Source of the DNA: Octopus sinensis
Lineage: Eukaryota
NCBI RefSeq assembly: GCF_006345805.1
Contig: NC_043001.1
Span: 48,360,001-48,424,000, forward strand
Length of the DNA: 64,000 bases
Direction of reading: 5' to 3'
The position numbers were made by a program, and so were the translations under genes. This document shows positions 36,399-49,212 of the stretch, piece by piece (within the stretch, counting starts at the first letter, position 1; each line of letters begins with the position of its first letter). Under the pieces are notes generated by a model, which was not told the DNA's origin, ran no database searches, and was given only the letters and a program-made list of their open reading frames with translations.

Positions 36399-36971
36399 AT
36401 ACAATAATAGAATTTTGTAAAACCCTGAAGATTTGGGAGTTTTCAAAGGACAAATTAAACTAACTCGAGTAGATTACGAACACAATGAAAATTAGTTAGT
36501 GTCCAAAGATTTGCTATTTCAATTTCTGGTTATGAATATATATTCACATTCATATATATGCATCTGGTATACATACGTAAATGACAATTAATTACGTAAA
36601 GTTATCTACAGAAGTATCAAGTACGCCTATCACAAGACTTCAGATATTTCCACACATGCAGACATATAAAACACAAACATTTAATCATTCGTATACTTGC
36701 AAATCTCAAATCTCAAGAATTCCCTTAAAGCAAACGTCGAAGCCTTGTTACTTGTATAAAACCAATTGGTTTTCTGAAAAGCAATTAAACAAACCTGAAA
36801 GAAAAGCGAACATAAACACATACGTATCAAAATACATACAAACATAAATACATTGATACACACACACACACACAGGCACACACATACATAAACACATATA
36901 CACACACATACAGACACACATACACACACTCACGCGCATTAGATACGCATATATATATATATACCTCGCAT

Positions 36972-37037
<66 letters not shown>

Positions 37038-37101
37038 CCATATATATATAATATATACATATATATATATATATATATTTACATATATATACATATACAC
37101 A

Positions 37102-37158
<57 letters not shown>

Positions 37159-37933
37159 ATATATATATATATATATGAGCATATATAAGCAGCAGGAATA
37201 TTCGGAAGCGACTATTTATATAGATATTAGTATTGTTATTATTATCGAAGGCAATACAAATAGTTCATAATAACAAACAATATTAAAATAGGTAGTTGCA
37301 GGCCCAAATAAACATTATATAGCTATAGAATTAAAATTATATTACTCATAAGGACACATTAACGTATCTATCCACTAGAAATGAGAGTCAAAACCCTCAT
37401 TTTGATCACCAAAACACAACATAAATTTGTGTGAGTGTGTGTCTATGTGTGTATGTGTGGGTGTGTGTGAGTGTGTGTTTGTGTGTGTACGTATGTATAT
37501 AATAAAAACAGATGGATAATATGTCAATCCACTACAGCTATATACAACGAGTTTTAATTGATTAACGAAGAAATTACTTATTACGAAAAATCGTTTTATT
37601 CAGGTGAATGAATAAATCACGACATTCAAAAACATTCTTGTGACGGATACTGGTCATATCATCATGAAGTGGCACAAACCGTTGGCTTCTGAAAGTTTTT
37701 GAAGGTTTTATCCTATTGATTTAATTTCGTTCGAAATAGCTCATTATCCATCTGTTGTTATTTCTTTATTTATTATTCACCTACGTCGGAACCAGCATCT
37801 TGTCTGGATCCGAAGTATATTATGGACCGTGCATTTAGTGCAATGTGCGTCTCTTGATTAGATTCAGGTCTCGTGATATACAGATAATCTTATACATAAC
37901 CTGAATATCTTTCTACATGTACTTCGGTACCGG

Positions 37934-38013
<80 letters not shown>

Positions 38014-38029
38014 TTGCAACAACTTGCAT

Positions 38030-38572
38030 ATGCAAGTGCTACCAGTCCAAAACTCCGCATACCGGAAGCCAGCAAGTGTATGGGGTCATCAGGAGAGAAT
38101 GCGCGCTGTTTCGGGGGGCCTACCTCTCGACGGCATCAATGCGCACCACTGATATGAGGCCCCGCTTGCTAGATCAGCTGGTTATCAAATAAGCTCAATA
38201 TCCTTCTAGCCATCGCTCATCGTCTCTTTTTAACCAAATGCAGTGGCTAGCCTTCTCCACTGTAGATTGGATATCGGTCATGGTGGTATTGACTTTACAA
38301 TGAGTTAGGACTAGCGATACAACAGTCGTCTCACACTGTGTCCAACGAACCCTCTATCCGACTTCGATTGGAAAATTTCCGCTTTCCAGCCTGCGTCTTC
38401 ACATTCCTCGAGGAGGTTTACATGACGGTTAAATTTTCGAGCCCGAGCGGCGTCCATATTATCTTCATGAGAAACCGTTAACTCGACTAGATTTAACAAC
38501 TTTCCTTCTTCACAACACATCAAAATATCTGTTTTTTCGTAATTGGATGGAAAGAATCTCTGGCACCCAGGG
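38030..38572 (-). mobile_element. HERO-like RLE non-LTR retrotransposon, 3' fragment
   Basis: PEILSIQLRKTDIL…LVELTVSHEDN…ARKF…ECEDAGWKA…RGFVGHSV, then EKASHCIWLKRDDERW and a 3' UTR. Flanked by (TA)n on both sides. Confidence 0.75.
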
Positions 38573-38635
<63 letters not shown>

Positions 38636-38636
38636 C

Positions 38637-38678
<42 letters not shown>

Positions 38679-39033
38679 ATATAGATATATATTATATATG
38701 TATATATATAGGTATAGGTATTTATGTATGTATTATATATAGGTAGTTTGATGCAACCAGGTAAGATAAAACACAAGATATGAGTATGTACGTATTCTTA
38801 GTTTGATGAGTGCCAACACATGAAACTCCCGGAAATTGATTAAATCTGTTACTTCAGCTAAATATTATACATATATATTATATATATATATTGTGTGTGT
38901 GTATATACACATAGATGTATATATTAATATATATATAATATTAATAGAGTGTGTGAGAGATAGAGAGATATTATATATATACTTGTATATGCCTATATAC
39001 TCATTTATATAAATATGTATCATATATATATAT

Positions 39034-39077
<44 letters not shown>

Positions 39078-39349
39078 CAAAAGGATGTGTTATAATACTA
39101 GTCCACATATACAAAAAGAGCCATACCATCAATCCAACATACCTCCAATCATGAGCTACCTACAATTTTATAAACACACATATACTATACACATACACGC
39201 ATACAAACGCACACATATATATTATGCGTATATGTATGTGTATGTATATGGTCTGTATATATATAAATATATTACATATATATACATATATATACACACT
39301 CACGCACATGCACACACACACACACGTATATATATATATATATATATAT

Positions 39350-39449
39350 NNNNNNNNNNNNNNNNNNNNNNNNNNNNNNNNNNNNNNNNNNNNNNNNNNN
39401 NNNNNNNNNNNNNNNNNNNNNNNNNNNNNNNNNNNNNNNNNNNNNNNNN
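39350..39449. other. Assembly gap (100 N)
   Basis: Run of N; the round number suggests a placeholder of unknown true size. Confidence 1.
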
Positions 39450-39997
39450 ATAAAATGTATTCTTTAGTATTTCAAGATATTTTTATGTAATTTTGGTAAA
39501 TATATCTGTTAACATGAGATGTCAATATTATTTTCATTTTTGCGTAATTTAGACGATAGTTTATTCACCGCACCCTCTATAAATGTGCGTATATCTATGT
39601 CAGTATAGATAAGATTATATAGATCAGAAGAATCAGAATTTAAATTTAATCTAATAAAAAATACATATTCTGAACTGAAGTCTCTAGTTATATATTTTCT
39701 CTAATTCATTGTTTGTATATTGTTTTGTCTTTTCGGTCTTTTGTTTGTTTTGTTTTTTGTTTTGCTTTTGATTTTTATGTTGTTTTTAATGTAGGAATAT
39801 GAAGGTATGATTATATTAAAGTAGACAATGTACAGAACACATCTGAGGGTTACACAACGCATACAACATAGACACAGGAATATATATAGTGTCATGTGTA
39901 TGTATATATATGTATAAATGTGTTCTATATATATATATATATATATATAGATATATATTTTCTATATATATATATATATATTATATACATTATATAC

Positions 39998-40093
<96 letters not shown>

Positions 40094-40119
40094 GGTAAAC
40101 ATATACACACAGGCGAAAC

Positions 40120-41035
40120 ACGTATTGGGTGTCTGATCGGCTTTTGATCGACACTAAACTCAAGCACTCTAACACGTAGCTAGCTTTAGACTGTCACTTG
40201 CACATGCGTACTCGTAAGATACTTCACACCACTCTATGACACGAACTTTTAGCGCGATAAATTGTATTTTGTGTAATTGTGATAACCCTGAAAATGGAGA
40301 ACCAAAACAAACGTTATCGACCCATCATGCTTTTTTTATTCAAAAACAAAAAAGCAAAAAAGCGACAGAGACTTGCAGGAAGATATGCACTGTGTACAGA
40401 GAGTATTTTGTTATCGAATGCATGTACCAGAAGTGGTTTTTCAAGATTTTGATCAAGAAATTTTTCGGTTTTCGCTCTGGTCGGTCAATTGAGATTAACA
40501 GCAACAAAATAAAGCTATACGAGTTATACGAAGTAGATGATTGCGGATACTTCCCAAAATATCTACATCGACTGTTGAAAGCAATCTGTATGCATCATCT
40601 TAGTTACGTCAGTAGGCTCGATGTATAGGTCCCACATCAATTGAATAAGGCTAAACTCGTCCAAAGGATTTCCATCTGCAATTTCATGCAGAAAGATGAA
40701 AAAATCATCCTTTTTTAAAGTGAATGGTAATTGAGAGGGTACGAAAAAATTATCTATTAGAACAGTGAGAAGCGAAAATGATCATGGGGAAAGCGCGGCG
40801 AACCGCCACAAACAACCTCCTCCAAAGCAGGACTTCACCCGATTTGGTGGGATTGGAAGGCCGTTGTTTGTTGCGAGATCGAGCGCAATATAACCAGGTT
40901 ACACACTTGTTTATACACGTGGCAGATGTTACTGGGTGCTCACTGGAGGTTTTACCACGCCCTACATATCCGCCCAACATTGCGTCTACAAACTTACACA
41001 TGTGTCGGTCTCTTAACTCAAATGTATTCATTGAT
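40120..41035 (+). mobile_element. mariner transposon, decayed and internally deleted
   Basis: MENQNKRYRPIML…ATETCRKICTVY, RSGRSIEINSNKIK, (W)VPHQL, LEVLPRPTYPPNIASTNLHMCRSL (resembles HPPYSPDLAPSDYHLFRSL). Confidence 0.82.
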
Positions 41036-41197
41036 TGAATACATTTGAAGTTGTGTGTGTGTATGAGAAAGAGAGAGAGAGGCGGGTCTATGCGAATGTT
41101 TGTGCAAACTGGTTTATAAATAAGGATATGCATAAATATATATGTTACATATGTGTGTGTATTTATATACACACACACATATCTATTTAGTAATAAT

Positions 41198-41231
<34 letters not shown>

Positions 41232-41259
41232 GTATATTATATATGTAATATATATATAT

Positions 41260-41294
<35 letters not shown>

Positions 41295-41427
41295 TATAAT
41301 GTCTATATATATATTTAGTATATGTATATATATATATATGTATATATTATATATTTATTATATATATGTATGTATATATATATATATATATATATATACA
41401 TTATATATGTCTATATATATATCTATG

Positions 41428-41459
<32 letters not shown>

Positions 41460-41472
41460 TATGTCATATACA

Positions 41473-41551
<79 letters not shown>

Positions 41552-41779
41552 GTGTGTACACTCATGCACATATATATATAGTATATAAAGGTCCGCGCTT
41601 CAGAACATTGGGACATAGACATGCTCAAAGCACGCTGGTGCGAAACCCAAATGTACGAACAACAAAGCCTCCCAAGAAAAGATTCATCAGGGGAATCAAA
41701 AGACTTAATTAAAAAAATCAACTAATTATAATACTACCACCAACACCATCCGCATTCAACAACAATAAGAGGCCTTGGG

Positions 41780-42075
41780 TTAGAAAAACATCAGCATGAA
41801 AACCTACGTTGACAATGAAAGAGCTGCAGAGGAAAAGCGGTTAATCAAAAAAGTCAAACAGAACCCGAAAGTGTTCTATTCGTATGCCAAAATGCTTAGG
41901 ACAGCATTCTCCAACATTACGCTAAAGAAATGCCAGAAGCACTGCAGAAACAATACCGCTCTATTTTTAGTGATCCCACTGATATTGACACAAGGTATAT
42001 GAATGAACAACATATTAACTCCAACATAACTTTCACTGCTTCAAACATCATAGCAGCAATAAATAAGATCAATAA
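41780..42075 (+). mobile_element. CR1/L2-type LINE ORF2 linker remnant
   Basis: KKVKQNPKVFYSYAK; MPEALQKQYRSIFSDP…ITFTASNIIAAINKI. Confidence 0.7.
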
Positions 42076-42079
42076 GAAT

Positions 42080-42470
42080 GAGGCAGCCGAGAAATATGGT
42101 AAGAACTACCACACCATAAATAATAGGAACAGGGAATTTGGCCTCTGTAATTGTGCTAAAGATAAAGTATGCCCCTTAAACTCTAGATGCTTGACGAAGT
42201 ACCTACTGTAGCATTTAATTTCATTTGTGGATAGAAATAAAATGAAGAAAACGAACTTAATCAGTCTAGCCTGGTCACTTAGAGATAGAAACCATAGCTT
42301 TATCACAGACTGGGGGATAACTAGTACAGTTAAACCGTATAGAACCAGGAGAAATAGATGTGGGTTTTGTATAGAATAAATGTACTAAATCTTTACATCA
42401 GGACACAAATTACTTAGTAGACAAAACAGACCTTAAGGAATTTAACACACTTACTAGGTAACTCAATATC
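42080..42470 (+). mobile_element. Penelope-like element endonuclease-region remnant
   Basis: CNCAKDKVCPLNSRCL followed by TNLISLAWSLRD…DWGI…PYRTRRNRCGFCIE. The GIY-YIG core itself appears deleted. Confidence 0.7.
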
Positions 42471-43105
42471 TTAACCATAGATGGGAGGGAATGAAAGACA
42501 GAATCCTATGTCCAGAACTCTCCAACTGCATACCTTTATCCTTAACTAATATTTTATATTCCTTTTTCTTTACTTTCCCTAACACAGCTACGAAAAATTC
42601 TGAATAACTAAGAACTTAACATAGAACTGAACCACCTTAAAAAAATACATTACAAGAACTATACATGAAATTAAGCTTATTAAGAACCCATCAACTTAGG
42701 AACCAATGAAATAAACCTGCCAGTATACTAAAATAAATTTCGACCTAACTAGATAGAGTCCCGACTTCGGCCAGCAACTGATGTAAAACCGACGTCAACC
42801 ATAGAATTTCACAAGCAGATCGGATTTCAAATCCAAACTAACCATACCACGCTTTCTCCTGAAGCCTAACCAATAAACAAGAAATTGAAATAAGTTCGCT
42901 TCGAGCCAAGCTAGTTGGAAGACCCTAAACGAAGCTGCACAGAAAATTATACCCGGTTGCATATGCAACTACTCATACTCACACAGAAACACGTGTAGGT
43001 TCTTGTAGCCATAAAAACATGCTGGATGACACACCGTAAAATAAAAGGAAATAAATTTTGATGAGGTACCAGTCTCCATATTCTCTGTCGTTATAATTAT
43101 TGCAA

Positions 43106-43826
43106 GAGATACCTACTTGTACCCATGGAAGAAGTAAACACTAAGTCATGAGCACACTTAAGTACCCCAAATATATCTAAAATAGAAATTCTACAGCATA
43201 CCTCGAGTAACGTGTGATCGGACTGAAAATTCTCATAGAGTGAGAGAGTCTGGAAGTGAATAGTATTAAATTTACATCTAATATAGGATAAAATTTTCGA
43301 AAAAATTTTATAAATGGCCAGCATATTAAAAAATACTTTTAAAGGTTAAATTTATAAACAAGGGCAAAAGAAAAAATTCCAATGCCAAATATGCCGAAAA
43401 TAGACATAATCGTCAATAACCATATAATTTATCACTATATGCACGCGTCTCGAAAGCAAGCCGACAGAAATTTCTAAAAACTTTCGTTATTATCGAATCG
43501 GCCACGCTTTCTAAGTTAATTCATTTAGAATTTTCTCGTCATCAGCGATAAATACGATAAGAAAATAAATGAGATACTTACTTGTACCCATGGAAGAAGT
43601 AAACACTAAGTCATGAGCACACTTAAGTACCCCAAATATATCCTAAATAGAAATTCTACAGCATACCTCGAGACACGTGTGATGGGACTGAAAATCCTCA
43701 TAGAGTGAGAGAGTCCGGAAGTGAATAGTATTGAATTTACATGTAATATAGGATAAAATTTTCGAAAAAATTTTATCAATGGCCAGCATATTCAAAAATA
43801 CCTCTAAAGGTTAAATTTATAAACAA
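43106..43826 (+). repeat. 256-bp direct repeat pair (43106-43361 and 43571-43826)
   Basis: Both copies run from GAGATAC(C/T)TACTTGTACCCATGG to GGTTAAATTTATAAACAA. Confidence 0.9.
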
Positions 43827-43829
43827 CTG

Positions 43830-44585
43830 TGGTCACATGATCGAAGTTTGAGCCTGATTGCGCCATTTTTTCTGGCTTCAAAGGGTAAGCTTGGCCGCTC
43901 CACTAGCAATGTGCACCAAAGAAAAATAAAGAGCAATGATCCGATTTATCTGGTCGGAAGGTGCGTCAGGTACTGAAATTCATCAGAGGCTTTTAACGCA
44001 ATAGGGGGACAGTGCACTACTACGTAGAAGTGAGTATGAATGGATGGAGAAGATTAAAGTTGACAGGACAAGCGTGACGCACGAAGAGGGAGCAGGGCGC
44101 CCATCAACCTTCACCACTGACGAGAAGATTCAGATATCTCGAGAGATGGTGATGGAGAACCGGGGAGTTACCATCAGTGACGTAGGTCGTTCTCTGCAGA
44201 TTAGTCATGGTTCTGCCTATCAAATCATCCACAATGAGTTCGGCTTCCATGAAGTCTATGCAAGACGGGTGCCAAGAGAGTTTACCGCAGAGCACAAGCG
44301 CAAACGTCTTGAGGCCTGTCAACGTTTACTCGATCGCTACAACTATAAGGGCGAAGAATTTTTGAGCAGAATAGTTACAGATGAAACATTGGTCCATCAT
44401 TATGAGGCAGAATCCAAAAGAGTATGGAATGGATACATCCTGGTTTGCCAGCGACGAAGAAATTCAAGACTCAGTCTTCTCATTTTGGGGATTCAAAAGG
44501 GTCTTTTCTGGAAGACTACATGGAAAAGGGGTGTACGATCAACAGTTCAAGATGCAGGGATTTGCTGGCCAACGAAATGAAGCCA
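43830..44585 (+). mobile_element. mariner transposase fragment (N-terminus to first catalytic D)
   Basis: GAGRPST, VTISDV…ISHGSAYQII…FHEVYARRVPREF (WVPxxL-like), FLSRIVTDETLVHHYEAESKR. Confidence 0.88.
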
Positions 44586-44589
44586 GCAA

Positions 44590-44812
44590 TTCGCTAAAAG
44601 CCTCCGATGAATTTCAGCACTTGACACAGCTTACGACCAGAGAAATTGGATTACTGCTCTTTGTTCTTCTTTGATGCACATTGCTAGTGGAGCGGCCATG
44701 CTTACACCGTAAAGCCAGAAACTACGATCACATGGCTGCAACAGTACGAACTATAAGCACGCATACTCAGAAGGCAGTGTGGCAAAAATAAAAATGGCTA
44801 AAGTGTGGGTAA
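44590..44812 (-). mobile_element. 5' fragment of a second copy of the same mariner family, convergent
   Basis: The reverse complement encodes MAAPLAMCIKEEQRAVIQFLWS and matches about 43872-44000. Confidence 0.82.
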
Positions 44813-44816
44813 TCTA

Positions 44817-46065
44817 TGGATCCTCCCATAAATAATGCGGTTTTTTCAGTTGTATGAACTAAAAGTCGTGATAAACTACTTGCACCAACTTGTTATAAAA
44901 GCAGATAGTAATTTTATATTGTACTTATTCTTAGTGCAAGTCTTGAAGAGTGTAGTTCGATTTTAATACTTATCTTTTCAAAGCTACAATGGAAGTGACA
45001 AAAGATCATATTCGGCATATTTTGTTTTAGGATTTCAATAAAGGTAACAACGCAACGGAAAATACGAGGAATGTTAATGCAGTATATGGGGATCGGACAA
45101 TAAGCGTAAGCCAGTGTCAACAGTGGTTCCAGAAATTCCGAGCCGGAAACTACAGCCTAGAAGATGAGCCTCATTTTGGAAGATCGGTAGAGCTTGACGA
45201 GGACGTCCTGCAAACCCTGGTGGAACAAAATCCCATTGTAACCGTTGAGAAACTAGCAGGGAAGCTTGGATTTGGTCATTCAACCATTCATCAACACCTG
45301 CCTGCCATCAGAATTCAGCAAATTGGGTCAATTGGTTCGTCACTAACTTTCCGAGTCTAATCGCGCGCAGAGAGTGAATGTGTGCTCTTCTTTGTTGTCA
45401 CGTCTCATGAGTGAACCTTTTTTTAGACCGAATAGCGACTGGTGACGAGAAATAGGTTCTCTATAAAAATGTCAAGCGCCGAAGACAGCGGATAGGAAAA
45501 GGAGAAACAACCGCAACCCAGACTAAAGAAGGTCTTCACCCACGTAAGGTGTTGTTATCAGTTTAGTGAGATATGAAAAGTTTAGTGGGATATGAAAAAT
45601 TCCACTTTGAACTTTTAAACGCAAACAAAACGATAACAAATGAGATCTACTATGAGCAACTTGAGCAGCTTAAGTCAGCGCTAGTAGAAAAACGACAGTA
45701 TTTGCTTTCAATGTTCGGATTATGCTTGACCACATACAGTGAGAATGATATTCCAAACGGTGGAGCAGTTTGAATGGATATCGATGCTCCACCCACCATA
45801 TTCGCTGGACTTTGCTCCATCTGATTATTATTTATTCCGTAGTCTTAAAAATCATTTGGACGGAAAAAATATGAATTCTGTAGACGAAGTCAGAACTGTA
45901 CTGGAGGAGTATTTTTCTTCACACACAAGTGAGTTTTGGAAGAGGGCCCTTACAAGAGCATTGTAGAAAATGAAAGAGGGTATATTTTACATTAAAAAAT
46001 AACTTTGCTATTCTTAATAATGATAAAATAAAAGAAGTATAAAAAACGCATTATTTATTGGATGG

Positions 46066-46068
<3 letters not shown>
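44817..46068 (+). mobile_element. mariner (D,D34D-type) near-full-length, pseudogenised
   Basis: TIR cores ATAAATAATGCG (left) and CGCATTATTTAT (right) with TA flanks. MEVTKDHIRHIL…WFQKFRAGNYSLED, IATGDEK, GLHPRKVLL, HPPYSLDFAPSDYYLFRSL. Stops and frameshifts present. Confidence 0.93.
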
Positions 46069-46103
<35 letters not shown>

Positions 46104-46120
46104 TCATAGGATTTTTCATA

Positions 46121-46306
46121 GTATTTTTCCGATGCCCGGATAACTGAAGAGATAGCGGCGCGAATTTCCACCTCAGCATCCGAAACTCGGAGTTTTATCA
46201 CGGCTACCGAATAATTGTCACATATTACATTTGCAGATAAATTCCTGTATTTACATAATATCGAGGTCTCTCTCATTCTTTTGTTGTCTTACCATTTTTA
46301 TCAATA

Positions 46307-46339
<33 letters not shown>

Positions 46340-47078
46340 ACATAAAAGTAGAATAAAACTGGAGATTCTTTTATAATTTTTTTCATCATATCATGGATCG
46401 CATAATATTTACATGTTTCACAAGCATATACATGTATACAAGTCTGTAATCGTTGCATAGATAGTTGCATAATCACTTTATAATGCCAAATCATCAGAAA
46501 AAAAAGATTAATTTAATTCATTGTTGTTTCCTAGCGTGCGGAGATCCAAGCTGAGAACTAGTGGTATAAGTTGATTATGCAAGTGTCTATGAAACGATTA
46601 CTGCATAGCATACAAGTAAAAGCTAGAGAAACACGTGCGATAGCTATGTAATTTGTGATGTTATAATAATTAATTTTCCTAATCAAATCTACTCATGGAT
46701 ATACTCTCTGTAATCTATTCAAATGAATATAATGCCAAACGACAATCTGACAGATTTATTTTAATACCTCTTTTGAAGTTGATCATACATGATTTATATA
46801 TGGTTGTAAGTTTAACTATCATGGTATCTCGTTCGAAATAGCAACTTTTAATTATTTATGTAAGTATATCATATGTGAGTATATATATATAAATATATAT
46901 AGAAATGGTAAGATGACAAAATAATGAAAGAGACCTCGATATTATGTAAATAGAGAAATTTATCTGTAAATATAACGTGACAATTATTCGGTAGCCATGA
47001 TAAAACACCGAGTCTCAGATGTCGAGGCAGAAACCCACGCCTCCATCTCTTCAGTTTTCGGGCCATCGAAAAAAATGC
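46121..47078. repeat. Diverged about 155-bp inverted repeat pair (46121-46277 and 46923-47078), each arm with a hammerhead-like motif
   Basis: Arm 1 reads CTGAAGAGAT…CATCCGAAACTCGGAGTTTTATCACGGCTACCGAATAATTGTCAC. Arm 2 (reverse complement) reads CTGAAGAGAT…CATCTGAGACTCGGTGTTTTATCATGGCTACCGAATAATTGTCAC. Confidence 0.85.
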
Positions 47079-47146
47079 TATACCATTTTTTCGATTGCCC
47101 GATATGCATAAATATATATATATATATATATATATATCGTAAAATA

Positions 47147-47620
47147 CCGTAAATCCTCGAGTATAGTCCGCTCTTGAGTATAATACGCAGGGGATTTTTA
47201 GGGGGCTGTACCTCTGAAAAACCTAAAATTTGTGTATAAAACGCACTCCTTCTCTAACTTGAGTCGTGCGTATTTAAGCCAGAAGTACCTAGTCGAACAA
47301 ACACTTCTGTGCACGCGTAATACAATAATGGTGATGTTCTTAACTGTTATATGGGAATGTAAATATGTTTGCAAATTAGTTTTGTTATATGTTATTCTGT
47401 GTTCTGAATACTTTTATTTTAATAAATGTTGCTAACTGCAAGTTATGGATGATTCTTTAATGACTTCATTGCTTTCAGGCTTGGCTTAAGGTATTTTCGC
47501 GCCCGACATCACAAAATGCGTCTGAATAAACATTGCAAATAGAGACACGGACATTGCTTAGAAAATATTTTTTATCCTTGTATATAGAACGCACTAGGGA
47601 TTATACTCGAGGATTTACGG
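47147..47620. mobile_element. pogo/Tigger-like MITE, 474 bp
   Basis: 23-bp TIRs CCGTAAATCCTCGAGTATA(G/A)TCC with one mismatch, TA on both flanks. Confidence 0.92.
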
Positions 47621-47917
47621 TATATATTATTGTAATTCGAATTAGGTTATGAAACGTACGTAGTGGTTTACTTATCTTTTATTAAACTTTTTAATACTTT
47701 TGGATAGTTATATATAATAATAATAATAAAAAATAATAATAATAATAATAAAATAAATAAAATAAATAAATTAATAAATAAAAAATTTTAATTTTAAATT
47801 CTAAATTTTATATCTTATATATTTTGTAAATTATATTAATTATTTTTATTTTTATGTTTTGGTTTATGTTTTTCACTGTTTGATTTGCCTAATAGTGGTT
47901 TTATCTCTAATTTGATT

Positions 47918-47975
<58 letters not shown>

Positions 47976-49180
47976 TGCAAGGACACAACAAACATAGACA
48001 CGGCGGAGAGAGATCATATTTTAACGATGCTTCTCTATTATTCACCATAAACTTTTACCTGATTGTAGCGATTGATGTTTTAGGAGAAATGTATTTCACG
48101 TTTTAACAATATAAAGCTCAACCCAGACTCTCACATGGGATAACGCTGCTATCCGCACAGGCATTCTAAAAGCAGCAATAGAAGGGCTGCCAGATCACTT
48201 AGTTTAAACTTACTCATAAACATTTTAGTCCTGCAAACACGTTATCTTCTTCCGTTCCCCTTTATACGATTCCTCCTCCTCCTCCTCCTCCTCCACCTCC
48301 TTCTTCTTCTTCTCCTTTTCCTCCTTCTCCTTTTTGTTCTTCTTCTCCACCTCCTCAACCTTCTCCTCCTTATTCTTCTTCCCCCCTCCTCATTCACTAT
48401 TACTACTACTACTACTGCCACCACCACCACCGCCACTAGAATTAGCAGAATAGTTGACTAAATTTTGCCTTTTAACTTAAAAGGGGGTCAATAAAAGAAA
48501 GTACCAGTCAAGTACTAAGGTCGATAGTTTCGGCTTACCCCCACCATCACTACCACCACCTCCTTCAAAATGTCCGGTCTTGCGCTTTGGATCTCCTTTC
48601 CCTCCTTCGTCATCAACGTGTTGTTACTCATAATTACCGGACATTCTAAACAACACCTAACACCAATCGTTCCTAAAGTGGGAAACAATTTCCACTTAGA
48701 GTGGGGAAGGAGGTGGAAAGATCGAGGGGAGGAATTTACAAAAAATGGGGGTTGATAATGCGGTGACTAAAAGAGTATGGTGGATTTTTAAAAAAATAAT
48801 GGCTTAATTGGGTTTTATTTGTGAAATAGTTGTTTGAATTTACTGCAGAGAGGCGATCTATATATCTGGTAGCAAATGGGGAGGGAGCACTAGGAATATG
48901 ACCTGGGCCCCAAGGAAGCGGCAGGCTGAAAATATTAGGGAAACAAGGCCTTACATAGAAAGGGTAAAACATGTTTTTGTTATTACACGATTATCGTTAT
49001 TTTGCTCTTGCGTGCGTGGGTGGTGTTTTGATTGTTGTTTTTCGGAGTTTTTTGTTTAATTTTTTTGTCATTGCTTTCTCTCTCGATGACATTTTCTCAT
49101 CATTCAGTTTTGTTTCGGAATAGGTTTAAGTAATTTATAAATTTCTTTGTAAGCAACATTGTCCGACCAAAAGTTCATAG

Positions 49181-49212
<32 letters not shown>

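Noticed and set aside
38085-38125. Hammerhead-like GAAAC…CTGATGA in the HERO-like 3' UTR (minus strand)
   Set aside because: Only 15 nt lie between GAAAC and CTGATGA, too short for stems III and I, and stem II does not pair.
39350-39449. Biological feature at the N run
   Set aside because: It is a scaffolding gap, so adjacency across it is uncertain.
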